Both the position numbers and the translations under genes were made by a program. A stretch of DNA of 64,000 nucleotides from Deltaproteobacteria bacterium (GTDB lineage Bacteria; Myxococcota_A; Polyangia; Polyangiales; Houyiibacteriaceae), in assembly GCA_034670305.1 (NCBI GenBank), contig JAXMNT010000002.1, forward strand, positions 128,001 through 192,000. Reading direction: 5' to 3'. The notes below the pieces were generated by a model. That model ran no database searches. It was not told the origin of the DNA and saw nothing but the letters and a program-made list of their open reading frames with translations. Below, piece by piece: positions 55,131-64,000 of the stretch (its first letter is position 1; every line of letters begins with the position of its first letter).

Positions 55131-57281
55131 ATGAGTTCGGACGAGGACAAGACCCCCGCGCCGGACGCGCCCAGCCCGTTCGATGCCGAGACCTCAGACG
55201 ACATCGTCATGGGCGGCGGCGCGGATTCCGCGGGCGGGACGCTCCCGTCGCTCGTCGGACCACCCGAGGACGAGACGTTGCTGGAGGACGCGCGCGGTTT
55301 GCCCTCCGTCGAGCCGGCCGCATCCCCTCCCAAGACCACCCGCGCCGACCCGACCCCGACCCCGCACACCATCGCACTGCCCGGCCGCGGACTCGCCGCT
55401 GCGGCCGCGTCCGAGGCGCGGCGGGCGCCGCGGGTGCCCCACTCAGCGCTCGATGGAGACGCGACCTCGGAGGAACTGGAGCTCTCCGTCGGATCCGACG
55501 GCGTGATGGAACTTCCCGCGGCGGGCGACGGCAGCGACGCGACGATGATCGAAGATCGGGTGGCGCTTGCCGAGCTCGCGGCGAGCCTCGGCAAGAACAT
55601 CGACCACATCGGTCGGTACCGCGTGCTGCGCCATCTGGAAGCGGGCGGGTTCGCGAACGTCTACCTCGCGCGCCTCGTTGGCGTGGCCGGGTTCGGGCGG
55701 TTCCTCGCGATCAAACGCATCCACGATCACCTCGCCGGGCAGCATGAGTTCCTCGAGATGTTCCTCGACGAAGCCCGGGTCGCTTCGGCCATCGATCACC
55801 CGAACGTCTGCGCGCCGATCGACTTCGGACGCACCGAGGACGGCGCGTACTTCCTCGCGATGGACTACTTGCTCGGCGAGCCGCTGACCGCGGTCCGTCG
55901 AGCGCTCGGAGCCCAAAAGGGCACGACGGTCGAAGACGAAGACATCGCGTTCGCGCTGCGGATCATCGCCGACGCCGCGCACGGACTGCACGCGGCGCAC
56001 GAAGCGATGGATGTGCGCGGACGGCCGATGGAGGTCGTGCATCGGGACGTCGCGCCCGGAAACCTCTTCGTGCTCTACAGCGGGCACGTGAAGGTGGTGG
56101 ACTTCGGCATCGCGCAGGCGGCCCGCAAGCTGCACACGACTAAGAACGGCATGTTCAAGGGCCACCTCGCCTTCGCGTCCCCGGAACAGATCAAGGGCGA
56201 GCGGATCGACCGCCGGGCGGACCTGTGGTCGCTTGGTGTGATCTTGTGGGAGATGCTCGCGCGCAAACGACTCTTCCGTTCGGCCCATGAACTCGCGCTG
56301 GTGAACATGATCCTCGCGGACCCGATCCCCGACCTCCGCGTCGAAGCGCCGTGGGTCTCGGAACCGGTGGCCGCGGTCGTGCATGGCTGCCTTTCGCGCA
56401 CCCCTTCGGAGCGACCGGACAGCGCGCTCGATCTCGCGCTCGCGCTCGAAGCCATCCTGATGGAGATGCGGGTGCCGATGGGCACGCACGAGGTGGGCAG
56501 CTACGTGTGCGCGCTCTTGCCCGACCGCGCGCACCAGAAGCACCGCGAGCTCTGGGCGTTGGCCGGAGACCTCGGCAGCGGCTCGGGCGTGCGGAGTCTG
56601 GACGAGCAAGACCTGCACGAGGTCATGGAAGGGGCGGAGACGTCGCCCGAGATCGAACCGCCGCGGGTCGTGCCAACGGCGGCGTTGCCGAGCGGGAGGG
56701 CCGTGGGCGATCCTCTGATGACGACCGCGCCCATGCCGGCTGTGGCCGGGCGCCCGCGGCCGTACTGGCCGTGGCTCGTGGCGGCGGCGGCCGCGTGCGT
56801 CGCGTTCTACTTCATGGGGCGCCTGGGCGGAGCGGTTGAGGAGGCGGTGTTGTCCTCGAACACCGAAGCGCTGCCGTTGGCGGCTGGGGTGGCGCGGGTG
56901 GAGGTTGCGGGGGTCGGCGCGGCGGAAGCCGAAGCCGAAGCCCAAGCCGAAGCCCAAGCCGACGCCGAAGCCGAAGCCGATGCCGAAGCCGAAGTCGTGG
57001 CCGAAGGCGAAGCCGAAGCCGAAGCCGAAGGCGAAGCCGAGGCCGAAGCTCCGGTCATGCGGGCGATGCGGCGGGGGTCGGGGATTGTGGCGGTGACGAC
57101 GTCGGGGGGGTGGGCCGAGGTGTTTCACGGGCGGCGCCGGCTGGGGGTGACGCCGGGTCAGTTCGAGCTGCGGGCCGGAAGGAAGCGGCTGCGGATCGTG
57201 CCGCATGAAGGCGGGCGCGCGCGCACGGTGTGGGTCCGGGTTCGGCCGGGGCGCATCACCCGCACCCGCGTCAACCTGTAG
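55131..57281 (+). CDS. Membrane Ser/Thr protein kinase (Hanks type) with Ala-Glu linker and PEGA-like C-terminus
   Basis: [53 protein letters not shown]...R.LGVTP. Confidence 0.95.
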   Translation: MSSDEDKTPAPDAPSPFDAETSDDIVMGGGADSAGGTLPSLVGPPEDETLLEDARGLPSVEPAASPPKTTRADPTPTPHTIALPGRGLAAAAASEARRAPRVPHSALDGDATSEELELSVGSDGVMELPAAGDGSDATMIEDRVALAELAASLGKNIDHIGRYRVLRHLEAGGFANVYLARLVGVAGFGRFLAIKRIHDHLAGQHEFLEMFLDEARVASAIDHPNVCAPIDFGRTEDGAYFLAMDYLLGEPLTAVRRALGAQKGTTVEDEDIAFALRIIADAAHGLHAAHEAMDVRGRPMEVVHRDVAPGNLFVLYSGHVKVVDFGIAQAARKLHTTKNGMFKGHLAFASPEQIKGERIDRRADLWSLGVILWEMLARKRLFRSAHELALVNMILADPIPDLRVEAPWVSEPVAAVVHGCLSRTPSERPDSALDLALALEAILMEMRVPMGTHEVGSYVCALLPDRAHQKHRELWALAGDLGSGSGVRSLDEQDLHEVMEGAETSPEIEPPRVVPTAALPSGRAVGDPLMTTAPMPAVAGRPRPYWPWLVAAAAACVAFYFMGRLGGAVEEAVLSSNTEALPLAAGVARVEVAGVGAAEAEAEAQAEAQADAEAEADAEAEVVAEGEAEAEAEGEAEAEAPVMRAMRRGSGIVAVTTSGGWAEVFHGRRRLGVTPGQFELRAGRKRLRIVPHEGGRARTVWVRVRPGRITRTRVNL
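56924..57050. repeat. Intragenic (GCCGAA)n tract encoding Ala-Glu repeats
   Basis: Visible hexamer tract in the extracytoplasmic part of the kinase. Confidence 0.9.
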
Positions 57282-57287
57282 CGGCGC

Positions 57288-58367
57288 TCAGAGCGCGGGT
57301 TCGTCGCACACGAACGGAAACGGGTCCACACAGGGACGGTCGCGCCAGCCGACCGGATCGGTGTCGTTGACCGAGCGCACGCAGCGCGGCGGATCGTTGT
57401 CGGGATCCCCGAGCACGAACGGCGCGTAGGCGCCCACTTCGGAACCATCCGGCCACTCGAACACGTCGGCGCCGCGGCGGTCGGACAGACCGATCCAGAA
57501 CTGGGGGATCGAGAACTCGCGCTGCATCGCGGCCCGGAGCGCGTCGTCCTCTTCCACCGCTTCGATGGTGGCAAGCGCGCGCCCCGAGGCCGCGCACGCG
57601 TCCTGAGCGAGCGGCCAGGAGGTGGGATCGGGGCAAAGCAGGTAGCCACGGCCAGCGATCGAGGTCGGTCGGCACGGGGCGCATCCTTCGCCGGGCACGC
57701 CGCCTTCGTCGGTGGCGTCGTCGCAGTCGTCGTCGATGCGGTTGCAAGTCTCGTCCGCGTCGGGATGCACCGTCGGGTCGCCGTCGTCGCAGTCTCCGTC
57801 TCGAAGCGCGCGCCCGGGACCTGGACACCTCTCACTCGCCGCGCCGCTGCCGAACCCATCCCCATCCACGTCTTCGAAAGTGGCGACCGGTGTGCAGGCG
57901 TCCACGCCGCCGTCCTCCGGCGCCGCATCCGCTCCCGCGTCGCCGCCACCCGCGTCCGAGCCGAGGCACAACCCCTCCGAACACGCCGCCACCGGACACC
58001 GGGCGTCTTCGCGCAGCAATGCGAGCCGCACCGTCACGTCCTGCGGCACCGGCACCTCGAACGCCGTGCAGCCGCGGGCGTAGGGACGACACTCCCCGTC
58101 GACCGCGGTGACTTCGATCGACGCCGAGCCCGGTTCGAGGCTCAGCGTCTGGGGATCTTCTCCGCGCCGCACGACGAACGACTGCGTGGCCGTCAGCGCG
58201 TCGCAGCCACCCGCGAGCACCCGCACCTCGAATCGGGTCTGGGGCCGCTCCGGCGGATCCATGCGGATGTGCCAGCGAAGCGGGCCGTCCTCGCCGCACG
58301 CCATGCACAGGCCCAGCGCGCCGAAGAGAGTGAGCAGGACACGGACTGCGGCTGTCGAAGCCAGCAC
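57288..58367 (-). CDS. Lipoprotein with MopE-like putative metal-binding repeat and C-type lectin domain
   Basis: Lipobox-like CMAC; DVDGDGFG...DCDD....HP.A.E.CN.IDDDCD..TDEG; CTLD SW..A...C......LATI...EE, FWIGLSD, W.DG, DPD, WRD..C...FVC; start uncertain (58367-58448). Confidence 0.82.
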   Translation of the reverse strand: MLASTAAVRVLLTLFGALGLCMACGEDGPLRWHIRMDPPERPQTRFEVRVLAGGCDALTATQSFVVRRGEDPQTLSLEPGSASIEVTAVDGECRPYARGCTAFEVPVPQDVTVRLALLREDARCPVAACSEGLCLGSDAGGGDAGADAAPEDGGVDACTPVATFEDVDGDGFGSGAASERCPGPGRALRDGDCDDGDPTVHPDADETCNRIDDDCDDATDEGGVPGEGCAPCRPTSIAGRGYLLCPDPTSWPLAQDACAASGRALATIEAVEEDDALRAAMQREFSIPQFWIGLSDRRGADVFEWPDGSEVGAYAPFVLGDPDNDPPRCVRSVNDTDPVGWRDRPCVDPFPFVCDEPAL

Positions 58368-58412
58368 TGGGGCTGTCGAAGCCAGCACTGGGGTTCCCGA
58401 ACCCAGCACTGG
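58350..58412. repeat. 21-bp tandem repeat (two exact copies plus one degenerate)
   Basis: GGCTGTCGAAGCCAGCACTGG x2, then GGTTCCCGAACCCAGCACTGG. Confidence 0.9.
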
Positions 58413-58472
58413 TGGTTGTGGCGGAGCGCGCACCCGACAACGATACACCGCCCACCCGAAGAGGCGACTGCT

Positions 58473-59528
58473 CTACTCCAAGCGCAACGCTTGGCGCATG
58501 CGGGGGACCAGGACCTCGTCGAACTCGAACTCGGTCGCAGCGGGCGCGAAGCGGTAGAGCCAGGAGACCCCGAGCCGGCCGACGTAGTCGTCGGGCCGGG
58601 CGTAAACCGGGTCCCGCATCGCTTCGTCCAGCGTGATGAACGCAGCCCCCTCCGCCGCGAGCGCATCGACGAACGCACCGATGTGATCGGCCGCCAAGAC
58701 ATTGGCGTGAAGCAAGAGCACGTGCGCGACATCCCGCCCCACCCTCGCTCGGGCCACGCGCTGAAAGAGACGCGTCGCTTCGACACCGTGGGCGACGTAG
58801 CCCGCCACGAGTTCGTCCGCGCGCTCCGAATCGCCCGCGTCGAGCGCGGCGACGTACGCGCCGACGATGCGCCAGTCCGCGGTGTCGATCGTCACCGGTG
58901 CGACCTCGTGCCCGAGTTCGGCCAGCACCGCGCGGCCGGCATCGCGCCGCTCCGCGCTTCGGCCCCGCTGCAGGTACGGGTACCGAAACCACCGCACCGG
59001 TCCTGTACCAAGCCCCACCAACGTATCCCGGCAGCCCTCCACCGAATCGCGCCAGAGCGCCGGCCCGATCGAGTCGATCGCACGGTGGCGTTCGGTGTGG
59101 TTGGCCAGCTGCATGCCGGCCGCCATCCACTGCCGCACGATCGCCACCTGCGCCGGCGCGCCCTGCATCCCCGCCGCGAGCGATCGACACACGACGAACC
59201 CAGTCGCCGGGATCCGCCGCGCCGTGAGCTGTTCGAGCAGCCGCTCCGTCGCTTCACTCCGGCCGCGTCCCTCCGGCATCGCGCCCACAAACGGCAGGTC
59301 ATCAAACGTCAGCGCGATGCGAAGCGGCGCTTCGGAGTCGGCTCCGGCTTCGGCTCCGGCTTCGGCTCCGGCTTCGGCTCCGGCTTCGGCTCCGGCTTCG
59401 GCTCCGGCTTCGGCTTCGGCTTCGGCTTCGGCTTCGGCTTCGGCTTCGGTTCCCCCGCAACCCGCCGCCACGAAACCCGTCGCACACCACACAAGAGACC
59501 ACCGAAGCGCGAACGTCACCGAGCTCAC
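58473..59528 (-). CDS. Polysaccharide deacetylase (NodB/CE4) lipoprotein with Ala-Glu linker
   Basis: Lipobox AAGC; LTFDDLP, ATGFV, NHT..H, FRYPY, DW, LLLH motifs; start 59519-59582 uncertain. Confidence 0.88.
   Translation of the reverse strand: MSSVTFALRWSLVWCATGFVAAGCGGTEAEAEAEAEAEAEAGAEAGAEAGAEAGAEAGAEAGADSEAPLRIALTFDDLPFVGAMPEGRGRSEATERLLEQLTARRIPATGFVVCRSLAAGMQGAPAQVAIVRQWMAAGMQLANHTERHRAIDSIGPALWRDSVEGCRDTLVGLGTGPVRWFRYPYLQRGRSAERRDAGRAVLAELGHEVAPVTIDTADWRIVGAYVAALDAGDSERADELVAGYVAHGVEATRLFQRVARARVGRDVAHVLLLHANVLAADHIGAFVDALAAEGAAFITLDEAMRDPVYARPDDYVGRLGVSWLYRFAPAATEFEFDEVLVPRMRQALRLE
59336..59450. repeat. Intragenic (GCCGAA/GCCGGA)n tract (minus strand) encoding AEAG repeats
   Basis: Visible GGCTCCGGCTTC / GGCTTC tract on + strand. 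Confidence 0.9.
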
Positions 59529-59624
59529 TCTACCAGTCGACCCAGCTTCGCCGGCCACATCCGAAGGGCTCGTGCGGCGCATGCGGGTGAGTCACCGGGG
59601 CAATTTTCCAGTCCATGTGAGCGT

Positions 59625-59701
59625 TGGCACCCCCGAGAGGATTCGAACCTCTGACCTTTCGCTTAGGAAGCAACTGCTCTATCCAGCTGAGCTACGGGGG
59701 C
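59625..59701 (-). tRNA. tRNA-Arg(CCT)
   Basis: GCCCCCGTAGCTCAGCTGGATAGAGCAGTTGCTT-CCT-AAGCGAAAGGTCAGAGGTTCGAATCCTCTCGGGGGTGCCA cloverleaf with encoded CCA. Confidence 0.95.
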
Positions 59702-59869
59702 AGGTGGCCACGGGTAACACGCGTTGGCCGCGTGGCAAACGGGACGCGTGTCCTTCTGTCCGCCGCCCCGACCCCAACCCGCATCCGGTCTTGGAATAGA
59801 TCCTCTGGATCCCGGTTTTCTCAGGGAAGGCGGGGCATCCCGCTCCGCCCACCAGACGGAGGTGAAGAG

Positions 59870-60166
59870 ATGACGCAGGACGCTCGTTTTGCCTCGCTCC
59901 GGGGCAAGTCGCGCAAGTGGATGGAGGCGTACTTGGCCGAGTACGAGGACGGCTTCGACGATGGGCTCGACCCGTACCACGATCACAAGACGTTCGACTT
60001 CCACGACCGGCACGACCAGTACGACCACGTCTTCGACTTCGGCGACGAGGACGACTTCGACGATCAGGACGACCGCTGGCTGCACCTGTACGACGGGTGG
60101 GGCCCGATCGTCCCTCGACGACGGGTCGACCGGGCACCCGACCGGTGTTCGCCCGACGACGGATAG
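59870..60166 (+). CDS. Small Asp/His/aromatic-rich hypothetical protein (98 aa)
   Basis: Strong GGAGGTG RBS before ATG; C-ending codon bias; hairpin directly after the stop. Confidence 0.6.
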   Translation: MTQDARFASLRGKSRKWMEAYLAEYEDGFDDGLDPYHDHKTFDFHDRHDQYDHVFDFGDEDDFDDQDDRWLHLYDGWGPIVPRRRVDRAPDRCSPDDG

Positions 60167-60176
60167 GAAGGAGCTC

Positions 60177-60205
60177 CGCTCGGCGCCCGACCTGGGCGCC
60201 GAGCG
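60177..60205. terminator. GC-rich hairpin between the convergent small ORF and apt
   Basis: CGCTCGGCGCCC-GACCT-GGGCGCCGAGCG, 12-bp perfect stem, no long U tract. Confidence 0.55.
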
Positions 60206-60211
60206 TTGCGC

Positions 60212-60742
60212 TCAGATCTTCCAGAGGCTCTCGACGAGGTGGGGCTCGAGGCGGGCCCGCCCGTCGAGGAAGCCGAGTTCGATGACGAAGAGGAACCCCG
60301 CCACCACACCGCCCACTTCTTCGACGAGATCCCCGGTGGCCGCCGCGGTGCCGCCGGTCGCGATCAGGTCGTCCACGATCACCGTGCGCGCGCCGGTCTT
60401 CATCGCGTCGGCGTGCATCTCGAGCGCGTCGGTGCCGTACTCGAGCTCGTACTCGACCTTCACCGACTTGGCCGGAAGCTTGCCCGGTTTGCGCGCGGGA
60501 ACGAAGGGCAACCCGAGGCGGAGCGCGAGCGGCGCGCCGAAGAGAAACCCGCGCGACTCCATGCCGACCACGACCTCCGCATCCATCTCCCGCGCCTGCT
60601 CTTCGAGGAGCGAGAGACAGGCGTCGAACGCGGCGTGGTTGCCGAGCAGTGGCGTGATGTCCTTGAAGAGGATGCCGGGCTTGGGAAAGTCCGGAACGTC
60701 GCGGACGGAGTCCTTGAGCAGAGCGAGTCGGGAATCGGTCAT
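60212..60742 (-). CDS. apt: Adenine phosphoribosyltransferase
   Basis: PDFPKPGILFKDITPLL, ESRGFLFG, RKPGKLP, YELEYG, VDDLIATGGT. Confidence 0.98.
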   Translation of the reverse strand: MTDSRLALLKDSVRDVPDFPKPGILFKDITPLLGNHAAFDACLSLLEEQAREMDAEVVVGMESRGFLFGAPLALRLGLPFVPARKPGKLPAKSVKVEYELEYGTDALEMHADAMKTGARTVIVDDLIATGGTAAATGDLVEEVGGVVAGFLFVIELGFLDGRARLEPHLVESLWKI

Positions 60743-61548
60743 GGGGAATCGTCCTCTTGAGATGCTTCTTCAGGGGGCCCGGCCATGAAGGCGGCCAGGC
60801 CGAAGTGGTCGGGATGGGTGACATCGAGCCGAAGCGGCGTGACGGAGACGAAGCCCTCGTCGACGGCGCCGGTGTCGCTCTGTTCGAGTTCGCCGTGGGT
60901 GACGCCGCCGGGGCCGCCGATCCAGACGTATTCGCCGCCTCTCGGATCGACCCGCACGTCGACGCCTTCGTCGTAGCGGCGGATGCCCATGCGGGTCGTT
61001 CGCACACCGAGCGGTGCCTCGGCCGGGAAGTTCACATTCAGGAGCGGGGTCGTGCCTTCGCTCGGTGGCGTGGCGGACAGGAGCCGCTCGCAGAGGGTGG
61101 CCGCCAGGTCCGCGGACCTTCGATACACCTCGGGGCGGCCTCCGATCTGGGAGAACGCGATCGCTGGGATGCCGCGGAGCGCGGCTTCGCGGGCCGCCGC
61201 AACGGTGCCCGAGTAGTGCACGTCGACCCCGAGGTTCGGTCCGTGGTTGATCCCGCTCGCGCAGAGATCCGGCCGGCGCGGCAGGAGGCCCTCGCGAAAG
61301 AGTCCCACGTACACGCAGTCCGCCGGGGTGCCGTCGACACTGTGGATCGGCCCTGCAGCCGCGTCGGCCGGGTGGATCCGGTGGCGCAGCGGATGGTGCA
61401 GCGAGAGCGCGTGGCTCTTGGCGCTCTGCTCGCGGGCCGGGGCCACCACCACGACGTCGGCGAAGCGGGCGAGCGCCGCACGCAAGGCCCTCAGACCGGC
61501 GGCTTCGACGCCGTCGTCGTTGCTGACGAGGATGAGGGGACGGGTCAC
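60739..61548 (-). CDS. surE: 5'/3'-nucleotidase SurE
   Basis: ILVSNDDG, VVAP..EQS, GTPADCV, SGINHGPNLG, YSGTVAAA.EA, NVNFP, VSVTPL; ATGA overlap with apt. Confidence 0.97.
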   Translation of the reverse strand: MTRPLILVSNDDGVEAAGLRALRAALARFADVVVVAPAREQSAKSHALSLHHPLRHRIHPADAAAGPIHSVDGTPADCVYVGLFREGLLPRRPDLCASGINHGPNLGVDVHYSGTVAAAREAALRGIPAIAFSQIGGRPEVYRRSADLAATLCERLLSATPPSEGTTPLLNVNFPAEAPLGVRTTRMGIRRYDEGVDVRVDPRGGEYVWIGGPGGVTHGELEQSDTGAVDEGFVSVTPLRLDVTHPDHFGLAAFMAGPPEEASQEDDSP

Positions 61549-61707
61549 GCCGGTGCGTATACCAGACAGAGCGGCGAACGAACCCGGCAGCGTGCCGACG
61601 CGCACAGCGTCGGCGTCAGGTCGGAACAGGCGCCGTGGACCACCGGCGCTTTGAACGCAGCGAAGTCGGGCTGGAGGCCGAAAGCGGTTCGCCCGCAGGC
61701 TAGGACG

Positions 61708-62064
61708 TCAGCCGGTGGAGCTCTCGTCGGAGTCTTCGCCCTCGAGGCCAAGCTTCTCGCTGGCCTCCTTCTTCAGCTCTTCCTTCTCAGGGTTCAGCAC
61801 CCCTTTGAGGACCTGACTCGGCTTGAAGGTCAGCACGCGGCGGGCGCTGATCGGGATCGGGTCCCCCGTCTGAGGGTTGCGACCGATGCGCTGCGCCTTG
61901 TCTCGAACGACGAAGTTCCCGAAGCCGGAGATCTTGATCTTCTCACCGTCGGCGAGGACCTCCTTCATCGTGTCGAAGACCGCCTCGACGATCTCGGCCG
62001 CTTCCTTCTTCGAAAATCCGCCAACCTTTTCGTAGACGGCGTCGATGATCTCGGCCTTGGTCAT
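61708..62064 (-). CDS. ihfA: Integration host factor subunit alpha
   Basis: MTKAEI, KISGFGNF.VRDK..R.GRNPQTG..I.ISARRVLTFKPSQ; linked to pheT. Confidence 0.95.
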   Translation of the reverse strand: MTKAEIIDAVYEKVGGFSKKEAAEIVEAVFDTMKEVLADGEKIKISGFGNFVVRDKAQRIGRNPQTGDPIPISARRVLTFKPSQVLKGVLNPEKEELKKEASEKLGLEGEDSDESSTG

Positions 62065-62189
62065 CCAGTCTCCTCCGAGGGCCCGGACGGCGTCCGGGGA
62101 GGCAGGATGGAACCATGATTCGGGACGGATCTCAACGGCTTACGGCGATTAGGTCTCAGGAGGAGACCCGCTTCGCGGGTGGCTCGCGC

Positions 62190-62225
62190 AATAAAAAACC
62201 CGGAATCTCGTGAGAGATTCCGGGC
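62190..62225 (-). terminator. Intrinsic terminator downstream of tRNA-Pro
   Basis: Minus strand CCCGGAATCTC-TCAC-GAGATTCCGGG followed by TTTTTTATT. Confidence 0.85.
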
Positions 62226-62231
62226 TACCGG

Positions 62232-62305
62232 TCGGGGCGACTGGATTCGAACCAGCGACCCCCACACCCCCAGTATGGTGCGCTACCAGACTGCGCTACG
62301 CCCCG
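62232..62305 (-). tRNA. tRNA-Pro(GGG)
   Basis: CGGGGCGTAGCGCAGTCTGGTAGCGCACCATACT-GGG-GGTGTGGGGGTCGCTGGTTCGAATCCAGTCGCCCCGA cloverleaf; CCA not encoded. Confidence 0.95.
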
Positions 62306-62404
62306 GCCGTAACCGCCCCGAAGGACGGTAGGGGACGCCGACCATAACCTCCGGCGAAAAGAGCGCAAGCCAGATTTGACTCCCAGTGGGCCGAGTTCTC
62401 CGGT

Positions 62405-64000
62405 TCAGCGGATGACCGCGTCGAACGACTTCTGAGCGGCCGCGACCGCGGCGCTGTGGGCTTTGTCGACGCGCTTGTCGGTCAGCGTTTCCGCCGGGTC
62501 CCGGTAGCGGATCCGGAACGCGAGACTCTTCTGTCCGTCCGGCAGACCGTCCCCTTCGTAGAGGTCGAACAGCTCCACCGACTCGGCCAAGCCACCGCTG
62601 GCTTCTTCGAGCGCCGCCGCTACGGATCCCGCCTGAACGGTCTGCGCGACCTGGAGCGCCACGTCGCGGGTGACCGCCGGGTACTTCGGCGGCGAGACGG
62701 CCTTCTTCTGGTGCGCCACCGACTGGAGCAACTTCACGACATCGAGCTCCGCGTAGGTGACCCGGACCTCGAGGCCGAACGCGTCCGCCACTTCGGGATG
62801 AATCTCACCGGCGAACCCGAGGACGGTGTCCCCGACACGCACCTCTGCGACGCGGCTCGGGTGGGACCAGGCCGGCGGGTCGGATACGACCTCGAAGGTG
62901 GGCGTCTCGCCGGTGCTCGCGCGCACCAAGAACTCGACGTGGGCCTTGAGGTCGTAGAAATCGACGTCGCGGGCGCCGCCGATCCAGCCCGAACGAAGGC
63001 CGCCGAGCAGCAGACCGAGCACCGGGTGTTCGAGCGGGAGGGACTGGTCCTCGGCCGGCTCGGAGTGGGTGCACTCGCCCCACGCGCCAGCCGCCACCGC
63101 GTCCGAGGTGCGGGGACGGAAGACGCGGCCGAGCTCGAAGAGGCCGACCTCGTCGACCTGGCGCCGGAACGAGTGGTCGGCCGCCTGCGCGAGTCCCGGC
63201 AAGAGCGAGGTGCGCATCACCGAGCGGTGGGTGCTCATCGGGTTGGAGATCTCCACCACTGCCGTCGGGACCTTGGCCTTCGCCAGGTCGTCCGCGTCCA
63301 CGAAGCTGTACGTGACGGCCTCGAGCAGCCCGGAGGACGCCGTCGCTTCACGCAGCTGCCGCTCGAAGGAGACGCGCGGGCCGCTCTCGGTCCGCGAGGA
63401 GGCGGGGCGCACCGCCGGCACGACGGTGGGGACCAGATCGTAGCCGCGCACCCGCCCGACCTCTTCGATGAGGTCCGCTTCCCGCCCGAGATCCGGCCGC
63501 CAGCTCGGCGCCACACACTGCAGTGCCGTGTCGTCCCCGGACACCAGAACACCGAGCGCTTCGAGCGCTTTGCGGGCATCCGCCGCTTCGACACGCACTC
63601 CGAGCAGCCGTTCGATCGCGTCGATCCGCAACGTGATCTCGGCACGCTTTGGAAGGTTCGGCGCCAGATCGCGGGCCTGTGCCACCGCCGTGCCGCCGCC
63701 GAGCTCGGCCATCAGCGACGCCGCGCGCGCCATCACATGGGGTACGTCGTCGAAGTCGACGCCGCGCTCGAATCGGTGGCTCGCGTCGGTGTGGAGATCC
63801 AAGCGGCGCGACGTGCGGCGCACCGAGCGCGGATCGAAGTACGCGCACTCGATGACGACGTTCTTGGTGTCGTCGCCGATCTCGCTGTCGGCGCCGCCCA
63901 TCACACCCGCGATGGCGACCGGCCCTTCGCCGTCGCAGATGAGCAGATCGTCCGCGTCGAGTTGCCGGGTCTGCCCGTCGAGCGTCTCCATCGTCTCGCC
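62405..64000 (-). CDS. pheT: Phenylalanine--tRNA ligase beta subunit (5' part outside window)
   Basis: AIAGVMGG..SEI, TDASHRFERGVD, PSWRPD..READLIEEV.R, NP.S....MR.SLLPGL, LFELG.VF, GEIHP, RDVA, LFDLY.G, KSLA. Confidence 0.97.
   Translation of the reverse strand, partial: GETMETLDGQTRQLDADDLLICDGEGPVAIAGVMGGADSEIGDDTKNVVIECAYFDPRSVRRTSRRLDLHTDASHRFERGVDFDDVPHVMARAASLMAELGGGTAVAQARDLAPNLPKRAEITLRIDAIERLLGVRVEAADARKALEALGVLVSGDDTALQCVAPSWRPDLGREADLIEEVGRVRGYDLVPTVVPAVRPASSRTESGPRVSFERQLREATASSGLLEAVTYSFVDADDLAKAKVPTAVVEISNPMSTHRSVMRTSLLPGLAQAADHSFRRQVDEVGLFELGRVFRPRTSDAVAAGAWGECTHSEPAEDQSLPLEHPVLGLLLGGLRSGWIGGARDVDFYDLKAHVEFLVRASTGETPTFEVVSDPPAWSHPSRVAEVRVGDTVLGFAGEIHPEVADAFGLEVRVTYAELDVVKLLQSVAHQKKAVSPPKYPAVTRDVALQVAQTVQAGSVAAALEEASGGLAESVELFDLYEGDGLPDGQKSLAFRIRYRDPAETLTDKRVDKAHSAAVAAAQKSFDAVIR

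Noticed and set aside
59733-59747. Sigma-54 promoter TGGCAA-N-ACGC for the small ORF
   Set aside because: Poor -12 match; the same bases read TTGCCA on the minus strand and fit better as the -35 of the tRNA-Arg promoter
59625-62305. Integrative element at tRNA-Arg or tRNA-Pro
   Set aside because: No integrase and no duplicated tRNA 3' end found in the window

Overview
High-GC genomic window, most consistent with a myxobacterium (inferred from gene content: DUF4388 response regulators, a giant TPR protein, a Ser/Thr kinase, Cys-rich lipoproteins, a sigma-32-type factor). The backbone is housekeeping: the recJ 3' end, yajC-secD-secF, glnE, ilvE, dnaG-rpoD-tRNA-Ile2-zinc ribbon gene, nadC-birA, ygfZ-erpA, a fahA-maiA-hppD-hmgA tyrosine catabolism operon, and pheT(partial)-tRNA-Pro-ihfA-surE-apt plus tRNA-Arg. 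Envelope and signalling genes are interspersed. The best candidate for an undescribed system is a co-oriented cluster at 36.6-46.0 kb. It has two hydrazine-synthase-alpha-like beta-propeller/c-heme lipoproteins (one with three tandem non-canonical CX4-6CH heme domains), a secreted CxxC-HEAT protein, a stand-alone MutS-type ATPase and an LRR-like protein. Non-coding highlights are (i) three identical 74-bp hairpin-rich units inside an exact 28-bp direct repeat carrying a TTGACA box, (ii) a dispersed (TTCGGC/GCCGAA)n microsatellite that is intergenic or read as (Ala-Glu)n inside genes, and twice fused to a GGGCA(C/A) G-quadruplex-type tract, (iii) REP-like palindromes, and (iv) codon-usage islands in secD, secF and dnaG. 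No transposase, integrase, reverse transcriptase, rRNA or CRISPR array was seen. All family assignments come from motif recognition by eye; no database search was run, and several start codons are best guesses.
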